Shown here piece after piece: positions 37,063-48,229 of a DNA stretch of 64,000 nt. The notes beneath the pieces are model-generated. The model did no database searches. It had not been told where the DNA came from and saw nothing but the letters and a program-made list of their open reading frames with translations. Position numbers and translations under genes: made by a program. Location of the stretch: the NCBI GenBank assembly GCA_977017645.1, contig OZ360224.1, forward strand, positions 54,560,001 through 54,624,000, read 5' to 3'. Origin of the DNA: Torpedo marmorata. Taxonomy: Eukaryota. Numbering within the stretch: position 1 is the stretch's first letter; the number at the start of each line of letters is the position of its first letter.

Positions 37063-38137
37063 TAACGAGGTATCGAAACCGGGATTCGAGAGGCTGCTTA
37101 GGGCAAGAAGGACTCCCGAAGGGCCTCAGGCACTGAAGGCTTCTTTTTCTTTTTAAAATATTTTTATTGAGTTTAACATATAAACATGTATACAAAAAAA
37201 ATTTGCAAACACATAAAAAGTCATCTCATATTCGTACAAATATAAAGAAAAAAACAAACGGAACTGAATTGACCAGTTCCTAAGTTCACATGAGAGACAA
37301 GTTATGAATATACTGTAAATTCATGTTAAAGCTCATATTTCAAATTATTGAACTAAAAAGAGTAATATAAAAGAAAAAAAATCCAAACAAAAAAAAAACC
37401 TAAAAACTAAAACTAATCTAACCCCTCCCTCTAATCAAGGTTACCTTTGTAAAAAAAAAGGGAAAGAAAAAATGGATCAGATAGCGACCTCCAGACATCG
37501 GACAGAGAATCCTCAGGACATTCACGGTTATTAATTCTTCCAATCATGATATTATTCTATGAATGGGCCCCATATCTTTAGAAATTGGAACTTTCTATCT
37601 TTAATATTATATCTAATTTTCTCCAAACTCAGATAGGACATTACATCCTGTAACCACTGTGTATGTATCGGTGATGAATCATCTTTCCACTTCAATAAAA
37701 TTGCTCTTCTGGCTATCAACGTGGAAAAGGCTAAAACTTTCTCATGAGATGCAGACGGAAGTATATTTGGTTCACATGAAAAACCAAAACAAAGCAATTA
37801 TCGGACCTGGTTCTATTTTAATCTTGAAAATCATTGATAAAGTTTGAAAAATATCTTTCTAAAATCTCTCTAAATTTGGGCACTCCCAAAACATATGAAT
37901 CAGTGAGGCTTCAAAAGTTTTATACCTTACATAGTGGATCAATATCAGCATAAAAGCGAGATAATTTAAGTTTGGACATATGGATTCTATGTACCACCTT
38001 AAATTGTAATAAACAATGTCTTGCACAGAATGAAGAAGCATTAATCAAGCTAAGAGTATGATACCAATCTTCATCTGAAAATGTTGTTTTCAAATCACGT
38101 TCCCAATCGTTCTTAATCCCAGCCATAGAGGCTGATC

Positions 38138-39126
38138 CTAGACTTCCTGATTGGATCCTAGACTTCCTGACAGGAAGACCTCAGGCAGTCTGGATTGGAA
38201 ACAGCACTTCCAAGGTCATTACATTGAGCACAGGGGCTCCCCAGGGCTGTGTGCTTAGTCCATTGCTGTTCACCCTGCTGACTCATGACTGTGCAGCAAA
38301 ACACAGCTCGAATCACATCATAAAGTTCGCTGATGATACAACCGTGGTGGGCCTTATCAGTAAGAATGATGAGTCGCTAATGGAATGGTGCGGAACCAAC
38401 AACCTTCAGCTGAACGTAAACAAAACAAAAGAGTTGGTTGTCGACTTCAGAAGGGCCCGGGGAGATCATTCTCCTTTGACCATGGACGGCTCTACCGTTG
38501 AGGTCGTAAAGAGAACCAAGTTTCTTGGAGTGCACTTGGTGGAGAGTCTCAGCTGGTCCCTAAACACCAGTTCCATAGTCAAGAAAGCCCAGCAGCATCT
38601 TTACTTCCTGCGAAGACTGAGGAAAGTTCATCTCCCACCCCCTATCCTTGCTACATTCTACAGGGGATGCATTGAGAGTATTCTGAGCAATTGCATCACT
38701 GCTTGGTTTGGAAACTGTACCACCTCGGACCGAAAGACCCTGCAGAGGATAGTGAGGGCAGCAGAGAAAATTATTGGAGTCTCTCTCCCCACCATGACAG
38801 ACATTTACAACACACGATGCATGAGGAAGGCTAAAAACATTGTAAAGGACTTATCACACCCCTTTGTTAAACTGTTTTCCTCTTTGACATCGGGAAGGAG
38901 GTACTGAAGCACTTGGGCTCGCACGTCCAGACTGTGCAACAGTTTTTTCCCCCAAGCCATCAGGCTCCTCAATTCCTAGATATATATGTGTATTAGCATG
39001 TTATAGTTTTTCTATTGTATTATGATATTCATGTACATCTGCCCATGGTCCTGGAGAAACGCTATCTCATCTTACTGTGTATATGGTAATGAACGACAAA
39101 TAAAGGTGACTTGACTTGACTTGACT
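38138..39126 (+). mobile_element. Rex1/Babar LINE, 5'-truncated, inserted in L1-b
   Basis: ORF 38224-38907 ([27 protein letters not shown]). (gactt)n tail 39108-39127. Host sequence gctgatc|ttatatcc rejoins with a short tgatc duplication. Confidence 0.9.
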
Positions 39127-39287
39127 TGATCTTATATCCAATAAATCGTTATATATGCATGATGTTAATCCACGCTGAAAAAAAAACTTAAGTTAAAAAC
39201 TGAATCGAGGAAATTAGTATTTGAGATTCGAGGAAAATCAGAAAGCTTGGACTGAACAAAATGTCTAATTTGTAAATATCTAAAAAA

Positions 39288-39474
39288 ATTGAACATATTT
39301 AAGGTTCAGTTGGATAGATTTTTACATAAAAAAGGAATTAGGGGATATGGGGAAAGGGCAGATAGGTGGAGTTAGGTCATTGATCAGATCAGCCATGATC
39401 TTATTGAATGGCGGAGCAGGCTCGATGGGCCGGTTGGCCTACTCTTGTTCCTAATTTCTTATGTTCTTATGTTC
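39288..39474 (+). mobile_element. CR1 3'-end fragment at the L1-b inversion junction
   Basis: CR1 3'UTR ending in a (ttcttatg)n tail, homologous to 7024-7170. Confidence 0.85.
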
Positions 39475-40236
39475 TAATGTCTATTAGAAAGGAATTTTTG
39501 CTAAAAAAACAAATAAACAAAATTCGGATGAGGGACGGTAAAATGACAACAGATTATTTTAAAATAAATGAGACCTTCAAGGAATTTTATTCTAACCTTT
39601 ATACATCTGAGTTTGGTAATAATTATGTTTCAATGTCGGAATTTCTATATCAGCTGAATCTTCCGGTACTTTCTCAAGACAAACGTGCAAGTTTGGAGAA
39701 ACCTATTTCACAGGAGGATATAGCTGTGGCTATTTCCTCATTACAGTCTGGTAAATCTCCAGGACCAGATGGATATCCTGTAGAATTCTATAAATCTTCC
39801 TCCAAATTGCTTGTACCTTACTTGAGTGTGGTATTGGGTGACTCATTTAATGATCAGAAGCTTCCTGCATCATTCAATGAGGCCAGTATATCCTTAATTC
39901 TTTAAAAAGGGAAAGAACCAACAGAATGTACATTTTATAGACTTAATGTGGATATAAAGATTTTATCCAAGGTTTTAGCACACAGATTAGAAAATATTTC
40001 ACCAATAATTATCAACTCTGATCAGACTGGTTTTATTAAAAATCGTTATTCCTATTATAACATTCATAGATTATTGAATATTTTATATTTACCCTCTACC
40101 CCAGTGACAGATTGTGTTCTTTCATTAGGTGCTGAAAAAGCGTTTGATCGGGTGGAGTGGGAGTATTTATTTGCCATTTTAGAAAAATTTAATTTTGTTT
40201 CGGATTTTATCAAATGGGTCAAATTATTATATTCAT

Positions 40237-43200
40237 ATTCTTTTTTACATTTGTCAGAAGCTAATGAGAATATTTTAATTGGTTGAGATTTCAATTGTTG
40301 TTTAGATCCAATAATGGATAAAACTTCAAGATCACTTGCTAAAACTAAAATTGCTAAAAGAGTTCTTACTTTGATGAAAGATTTAAATTTAATAGATATT
40401 TGGAGGAAATTGAATCCTAGAGAAAAAGATTATTCTTTTTATTTTTTTAGACATGATTCATATTCTAGGATAGATTTATTTTTATTGTCCTCACAGGTTC
40501 AAGATAGAATAACACAAGCATCTTATAAAGCGAGAATAATTTCTGATCATTCACCTTTATTAATATCTTGTATAATTCCGGAAAAAGAAAAAACTGTATA
40601 TAGCTGGAGATTTAATTCTTCTTTATTAAAAAGAAAAGATTTTTGTGATTATATGAGAAGGGAAATTCAGGAATTTTTACAAATAAATTCTAATTCTACT
40701 GATAATAAATTTATTATTTGGGAAGCTTTAAAAGCTTATTTAAGAGGTCAAATAATAAGTTATTCAGCAAAAATTAAGAAGGATTATCTTAGGGAAGTAG
40801 ACAATTTAGAGAAGGAGATTGAGTGTTTGGAAAAAGATTTACAAAAAAATAGATCAGTTCAAAAAAGGAATAATTTAGTTGGGAAAAAATTACATTATAA
40901 TTTATTACAAACATATAAAATGGAAAAATTAATTGAAAGAACTAAACAAAGATATTATGAGTTAGGGGAAAGAGCACATAAAGTTTTGGCATGGCAATTA
41001 AAAAAAGATCAAACTTCTAGAACTATAAATGCTATAAGGAAAAAGAATTCTAGGGAAATAACTTATAAACCTCGAGAAATAAATGATTCTTTGAAAGATT
41101 ATTATTTGAATTTATATAAATCTCAGATTGATCAAGATGATTCTAAAATTATTAGATTTTTATCTAAAATTACACTACCTAAATTAAATACTCAAAGTAG
41201 AGAATCTTTAGATTTACCTTTCTCAATGAGGGAAGTTAATGAAGTTCTTACTTCTTTAACGAGTGGTAAATCTCCAGGTGAAGATGGATTTCCATCAGAA
41301 TTTTATAAAGAGTTTAAAGATTTATTGATACCTCCGTATATGGATGTATTGAATCAAATTACGGAAACCCATTCATTACCGGATACATTTTTAAATGCAA
41401 TAATTACAGTTATACCTAAAAAAGATAGAGATGTATTGAAAACTGAATCATATAGACCTATTTCATTGTTAAATGTAGATTATAAGATAATGGCAAAAAT
41501 TTTAGCAAATAGAATGGCTAATTATTTACCAGATTTAATTCATGTAGATCAAGCTGGTTTTATTAAAAATAGATATTCAAAAGATAATATAGCTAGATTA
41601 ATTAGTTTAATTAATCTACATAAAAAAAGGAAGATTTACCATTAGTATTAACGCTAGATGCTGAAAAGGCTTTTGATAGATTAGAGTGGAATTTTTTATT
41701 TAAGATATTGGAGAAATTTGGTTTTGGAACTACATTTATTAATTGGATTAAAACTATATATAAAGAACCATCCGCTAAAGTAATTACAAATGGACAAATT
41801 TCTTCAAGATTTCCCCTGACTAGATCTACTAGACAAGGATGCCCTTTGTCACCAGCGTTATTTATTTTGGTGATAGAACCTTTGGCAGAATTAGTTAGAA
41901 AAGATCCTAAAATAGTTGGTATTAAAGTTGGAATGGAAGAACATAAAATTAGTTTATTTGCAGATGATGTATTGATATATATGACAAAATCTATTACATC
42001 TTTAGTACAATTGTCTGCGTTATTGAGAGAATATGGGGAAATATCTGTATATAAAATTAACTCTGATAAAAGTGAAATTATGGCATTATCACAAGGGGAT
42101 TATAGAAAGTGTAAAGAAATTACACAATTTAAATGGGCAAAAGAAGGAATTAAATATTAGGGAATAAAGATTGATACAAAATTGGCTAATTCATATAAAT
42201 TAAATTATTTACCATAATTTGTGAAAATAAAAAAGGATTTAGAAAATTGGAAAGATTTACCTATAACTATAATGGGAAGGGTAAATTGTATTAAATTGAA
42301 TGTTTTTCCAAGAATTCAATATCTTTTCCAATCAATTCCTTATGAAATTCCTCAAAAATTTTTAAAAACTTAAATTCAATTATTAGAAAATTTTTATGGA
42401 AAGGAAAGTTAGTAAGAGTAGGTATAGAAAAATTAACTTGGAATTTTGAAATGGGTGGTTTACAACTTCCTAATTTCCAAAATTATTATAAAGCAGCTCA
42501 ATTAAAATTTGTTAATGAACTTTTTGATCCAACTAAATCTTCTGCTTGGATTAAAATAGAATTAAATAATATAGGAGAAGATTCCAAAGAAGAAGTTATT
42601 TATAAATGGGATTCTAAATTAATATCAACAAGAAGGAAAAATTCTCCTATTCTTAAACATTTGTTAGAAATATGGAATAAGACGGATAAGGAAATAGGAG
42701 GAAAAGAATGATTTCTCCAAGGATGCCTTTATATCAAAATCAACTTATTCCATTTACTATTAATAATCAATTATTTAAAATTTGGTTTCAAAAAGGAATT
42801 AAGAAAATAAATGATTGTTTTGAAGCTGGTAAATTTATTACTTTTCAAAGAATGAAAGATAAATTCAATATATTGGATAATACACTTTTTGCTTATTATC
42901 AAATTAGAGCATTTTTGATTGAGAAATTAGGTTATAGTTTGATTTTACCAAGACAGAATGAATTAGAATTATTAGTTACTAAAGGAGATGTAAATAAATT
43001 TATTTCTCAAATGTATAAATTGTTCCAGAGGAAAACTTCTAAAGTAGGAATTCATAAATCAAGATTAAAATGGGAATTAGATTTGAATGTAACAATAGAT
43101 GAAAATCATTGGAAAGAATTATGTAAATTAAGTATGACGAAGATTATTAATGTTAGATATAGATTAGTACAATACAATTTTTTTCATCAATTATATTTAA

Positions 43201-43941
43201 CACCTAAAAAATTAAAGAAATTTAATCCGACATTATCAGGTTTATGTTTTAGATGTAATAAAGAGGAAGGTTCTTTTGAACATTCTACATGGTTTTGTCC
43301 AAAAGTTTATGATTTCTGGTTGAAAGTTAAAAAAAATTTAGATAAAGTATTTAAGATTACATTTCCAATGGATCCTATGATATTTTTGTTTGGAGATATT
43401 AGAAAATTTAGTATTAAGATGAAATTAAATATGTATCAAATAGATTTTTTGCGAATTGCTTTAGCTGTTTCAAAGAAATGTATTGCTATTACTTGGAAAT
43501 CTGATCTAGATTTAGGGTTAGAAAGATGGCATGCAGAACTTCGTTCGTGTATACCACTTGAAAAAATTACCTATAATTTACGTAATAAATATCATTTCTT
43601 TTTAAAAATTTGGAGCCCATATATGAAAGTTGTTGGTTTAAGGATTTGAAGATCTCTTGACATCGGATCTACTGGCATACCTGACCTCCATAATAGAATT
43701 AGTTTATAGATGTATGTTTTTAGATTGGCATTCTCCTTACTCTATCTTTTCTTTCCTTTTTTTTTTCTTTCTTTATTTTTATTTTATTTTTTTATTTTTT
43801 TATATTAGATTAGTGGGGTTGGGAGGGTTGGGGAGGGGAGGGTGGGAGGGGGGGTGAAAATGTATCACAAATAATTTGATAATTTCATATTTTATTTTAT
43901 GTATTCTGTGATTTAAAATTTTAAATAAAATATTTTTTTTT
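40237..43941 (+). mobile_element. L1-a copy 5, truncated within the endonuclease, inserted in L1-b
   Basis: ORFs 40314-41645, 41708-42160, 42451-42711, 42708-43649. Perfect 16-bp TSD aaattattatattcat at 40221-40236 / 43942-43957. Confidence 0.95.
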
Positions 43942-46041
43942 AAATTATTATATTCATGCCCTTTGGCCTCAGTTCGTTCTAATTTACAACAATCAAATAT
44001 ATTTAGGCTCAATAGGGGAACTCGCCAAGGTTGCTCGTTAAGTCCTCTGCTTTTTGTTATAGTACTAGAACCTCTAGCTGTCGCTCTTTGACAGTGTAGA
44101 GAATTTAAAGGTATAACTAGATGTGGAATTGAACATAAAGCATCTCTTTATGCAGATGATTTATTGCTTTTTATTTCAAACCCTGAGGTCTCTATACCAA
44201 ATATATTAACTTTGTTTACTCAATTTAGTCAATTTTCAGGTTACAAATTAAATTTACATAAGAGTGAATTACTGCCTTTAAGAGAACCTCTTGTAAGTTA
44301 TTCCAATTTCCCGTTTAAAATAGTGAATGATCAATTCCAATATTTAGGAATTACAATTACAAAAAGACACAAAAATTTAGTGAAAGAGAATTTCTGGGTA
44401 CTACTCAATAAGATTAAACGATTATTATCGGGTTGGTCACCTTTATCTATTACAATGATGGGTCGTATCAATTCGATTAAAATGAATATTTTGCCTAAAT
44501 TTCTGTATCTTTTCCAAGCTTTACCAATTTCTATTCTTAAAGTCTTTTTTAGTTCATTAGATTCGGTCATTTCTTCTTACATATGGCAGGGAAATCAACC
44601 ACGTATAAATAAAGCCCATCTTCAAAAGATTAAAAGGAATTGAGGGTTATCACTTTCAGATTTCAGATTTTATTATTGGGCGATTAATATCCGTAATTTG
44701 CTTTTATTATTGCATTTTGATAAGTTAGTGAATCGCCCCTCTTGGGTGGAAATGGAACTGAAGTTTTCAAAAAAAAATCTATGCTAGCAATTTTGGGATC
44801 CTTTTTACCATTTTCTTTTTCCAAATTAACTCATAATCCGTTATTGAGAAATAGGTTGAGAATATGGGCTCAGCTTAAAAAATTTTTTGGTTTCAATAGT
44901 TTTTCTCTGGCTAGTCCCATTATAGATAATCACCTTTTTCAGCCGTCTGTGCTGGACGCAGGATTTAAGGAATGGTATAGATTGGGAATTCATAGCTATA
45001 ACGATCTTTTTATTCGAGATAACTTCTCCTCTTTTGAACAACTGGTAGCCAAATTTAGTCTTTCTGAAGGCTTCTTGATCGGATCGGAGGTTTGGATCTG
45101 GAGCTCGGGTTGATTTTGGATCGAACAGGGGTCTGTGCGGCTGCAGAGGCCGCAGGAGCGCTGGAAGCGAATCCATGGACATTCAGTGACTGACGGGACT
45201 CTCTTTTGCTTCACTTTCTCCCATTTTTGGGGATGCCAGGCAATGCTCATGGCGACTCTGTTTGCCTTACGACAGACAAAAGTTGAAGTATATCTTCAAT
45301 GTATTATCACTTAACAATAAAAAGAACCTTTGAACCTATCAGGCCTAAGTCTAAATTCCTTCCAATTCCCTATACCCACGAATACATTAATAATAATTTT
45401 ATTAGAATGAAGCACTTTAAAAATTAACTTTAATTCTGGAACAAAAACAAAAAGTTTATTTTTCTCTATTGAAATATCAAAGCATTGAAGCATGGCATGG
45501 TAAATGATTGTAATTACCTCAGTTAATTATGGTAATCTGCTAACAATTATCTGATTACATGGGTCACTTAGGTAAAGGTTTAATTAAAAACTATTGTCTC
45601 AAGAGATCTTTAATATAAACATACTGACTATTTAATGCTCCACTAATTTAGATAAGTGGTATTACAGCAGCACTAATTTGTAAATAGCATGTTGTAAGAT
45701 TATGTAAATTCAAAATAACAGTTGCACGATAATGAGAAATTTCAGGTTATAATAAATGTAATCTAAAAATAAATCACAATTTGATGGTTGACTGGAATGA
45801 AACAAACACCCATAAGAAACTGCAGAAGCTGAAATCAGTCCTAAATGGAGAAAAATATGAAATACAATGGGAGTTTATCAACCTGCAACAATTACTCTAT
45901 TTCTCACTACAGATGCTGCCTGACCTGCTGGTGTTTCCAGCATAATAAATCATAAAATAGGAAATACTCATTAGGGCAACTAGCATCTGTGGAAAGTGAA
46001 ACTTAGTTAAGGTTTCATGCTGCAATGGATACTTGATGTAC

Positions 46042-46291
46042 CTTGATGAAGGGCCCAAGCCCGAAACATTGGTTATTAATCTTTATCTTTGCTATCTAAA
46101 GGACACTGTTTGAACTGCTGAGTTTCTCCAGCATTGTGTTTTTACTTCAACCACGGTGTCTGCAGACTTTAGTGTTTTACTTCTTACATTGATGAAGGGC
46201 TCAAGCCCGAAACGTTGGTTATGTATCTTTATCTTTGCTATATAAAGTACACTGTTTGACCTGCTGAGTTTCTCCAGCATTGTGTTTTAAC
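46042..46291 (+). mobile_element. Non-coding Penelope-derived tandem mini-element (1.7 units, 146-nt period) with two hammerhead-like motifs
   Basis: ttgatgaagggc.caagcccgaaac starts at 46043 and 46189. Flanked by tgatgtac at 46034-46041 / 46292-46299. Confidence 0.8.
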
Positions 46292-46443
46292 TGATGTACT
46301 TTCTCTCAGACCAGGCAGAGTTAACAAAACAGCATTCTTTATTGAAGGCATCCAATCTAAAACTGACACAACTGCATTGCTTATCCTGAAAAAAAGGAAC
46401 AGACCCATAAAAATAATTAATTACTTAAACAAATGAACAAATT

Positions 46444-47016
46444 AAAGTATTTAAGATTACATTTCCAATGGATCCTATGATATTTTTGTTTGGAGATATT
46501 AGAAAATTTAGTATTAAGATGAAACTAAATATGTATCAGATAGAATTTTTGCGAATTGCTTTAGCTGTTTCAAAGAAGTGCATTGCTATTACTTGGAAAT
46601 CTGATTTAGATTTAGGATTAAAAAGATGGCATGCAGAACTTCGTTCTGAAAAAATTACTTATAATTTACTTAATAAATATCATTTCTTTTTAAAAATTTG
46701 GAGCCCATATATGAAAGCTGTTGGTTTAAGGATTTGAAGATCTCTAGATATCGGATCTGCTGGCATGCTTGACCTCCATAATAGAATTAGTTTATAGATT
46801 GGCATTCCCCTTACTCTATCTTTTTCATTCTTTTTCTTCTTCTTTTTCTATTTTTATTTTTTTATATTTTTATTTTTTATTAGATTAGTGGGGTTGGGAG
46901 GGTTGGGGAGGGGAGGGAGGGAGGGGGGTGAAATTGTATCACAAATAATTTGATAATTTTATATTCCATTTTATGTATTTTGTGATTTAAAAATTTTAAA
47001 TAAAATATTTAAAAAA
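46444..47016 (+). mobile_element. L1-a copy 6, 3' end only
   Basis: ORF 46468-46737. 17-bp TSD aaacaaatgaacaaatt at 46427-46443 / 47017-47033. Confidence 0.95.
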
Positions 47017-47104
47017 AAACAAATGAACAAATTTCTCTGAGAAATATATTTTGCAGTTATAAACAATAATAAATTCACACTCTCTCTTCCCCTTTAACTC
47101 TATA

Positions 47105-47271
47105 ACACAAGAACATACAAGACGTCAAGAAAATAGGAGCAGGAGAGAGCTAACAGGCCCTTCAAGCCTTCCCCACCATTTTCGTATGATCATGGCTGAT
47201 CTATGCTGATCTCATCTCTGCTGTGCCATTTCTACGTACCCTTCTATTCCTCGATTGATCAACTATCTATC
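47105..47271 (-). mobile_element. CR1 3'-end fragment
   Basis: aagaaaataggagcaggag...ggcccttcaagcct...tgatcatggctgatct. Confidence 0.7.
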
Positions 47272-48205
47272 TGTCATGTATTCTACATTAGAAATACACT
47301 GCAGATGAAGGCATGATGCTTCATTAACTGTTTAATACAAATCTAAAATGGTTCTCCCGCCACACACAGTATATATGAGTGAGAACGTCATCACGCCCGA
47401 CGTGATGATGTCATACGCATGCAGGCGTATATACATAACACTCTTCCCCCCCCCGCAAAATAAATGCTTTGTGAAAAATATATATATATGTGTGCAGTAT
47501 TTATAATAAACTGCGATAACTATGTGCGTGTGTAGAATTTAGGTGTAATACGTGGTGCCTCTAGACTAATGGTGATTACAATTACAATGTAACGTAAGTA
47601 TGAAATGATAAAAAGTTAAGTCACTGAACATAGTCTTTCAGTCGTTCTGGCGGACGTTTTTCCCATTTTGATCGTCTCAGAGAGGTCGACTCTGTCGGGA
47701 TATTTTGCGGACTCTTTGCCTTTTGAGGTAGTACCTCGGTTGGTGGCAAGGACTATGAACTTGATCTTTGGCGAACCCCACTCAGCTGTTGTATAGGACT
47801 GGGTTGTTGAAGAGGACGTAATGTAGGACTGCTCTGTTGAGGACTACTCTGTTGAGGGCTGCTCGGTTGAGGGCTACTCGGTTGAGAAGGGGTCTCCCTT
47901 CTCACGGATATTTCTGGAGCCCAGGGAATCTCATCTGGAAGCTAATCAGGATCTTGAGCCAAGGGCGTGGCCATAGGATCATCTACTGCTCTCAACTGGT
48001 CGATGTGTCGTTTCCATATTTTAGTTCCCATCAGTATAGAATAAGAACAGGGACTTCGTTTTTTAAGAATAACCCCTCTTATCCACGGCTCTTTGGTGTC
48101 TCGGTAATCCCGTACCAGTACTCGCTCTCCCACTTCTAGAGATCTGGTAGGTTTACTTGGAGACGTATATACAGTTGCAGTTTGTCCAAAAAAGTGATGC
48201 AACAA
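47272..48205 (-). mobile_element. Second Gypsy element, 3' portion only: short 169-bp LTR (47272-47440), PPT and integrase tail
   Basis: tg...ca LTR adjacent to ctcttccccccccc (PPT on minus strand). ORF 47942-48205 (GERVLVRDYR...WIRGVILKK...SY...WKRHIDQLR) continues to a P/S/Q-rich tail ending LRRS...PPERLKDYVQ. Confidence 0.85.
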
Positions 48206-48229
48206 TAGTGCAGATGGATCTTTGGTGGT

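Larger units (their letters stand above)
37146..45063 (-). mobile_element. L1-clade family L1-b single insertion with 5' inversion (3' part minus: 37146-~39289; inverted part plus: ~39476-45063), containing nested Rex1, CR1 and L1-a
   Basis: 13-bp TSD ctgaaggcttctt at 37133-37145 / 45064-45076. T-rich (antisense polyA) end at 37146. Minus ORFs 37552-37797, 37859-38041, 37920-38126. Plus ORFs 39408-39905, 39948-40286, 44164-44643, 44742-45113. Confidence 0.88.
31021..45338 (+). mobile_element. Unclassified non-coding retroposon (~450 bp: 31021-31118, 37067-37145, 45077-45338) split by the Gypsy and L1-b insertions
   Basis: GC-rich segments rejoin across the two TSDs. Internal repeat cggtctaagga..cac.caggctgcag. 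Ends in acaataaaaagaacctttgaacct, resembling the Rex1-type tails in this window. Confidence 0.55.
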
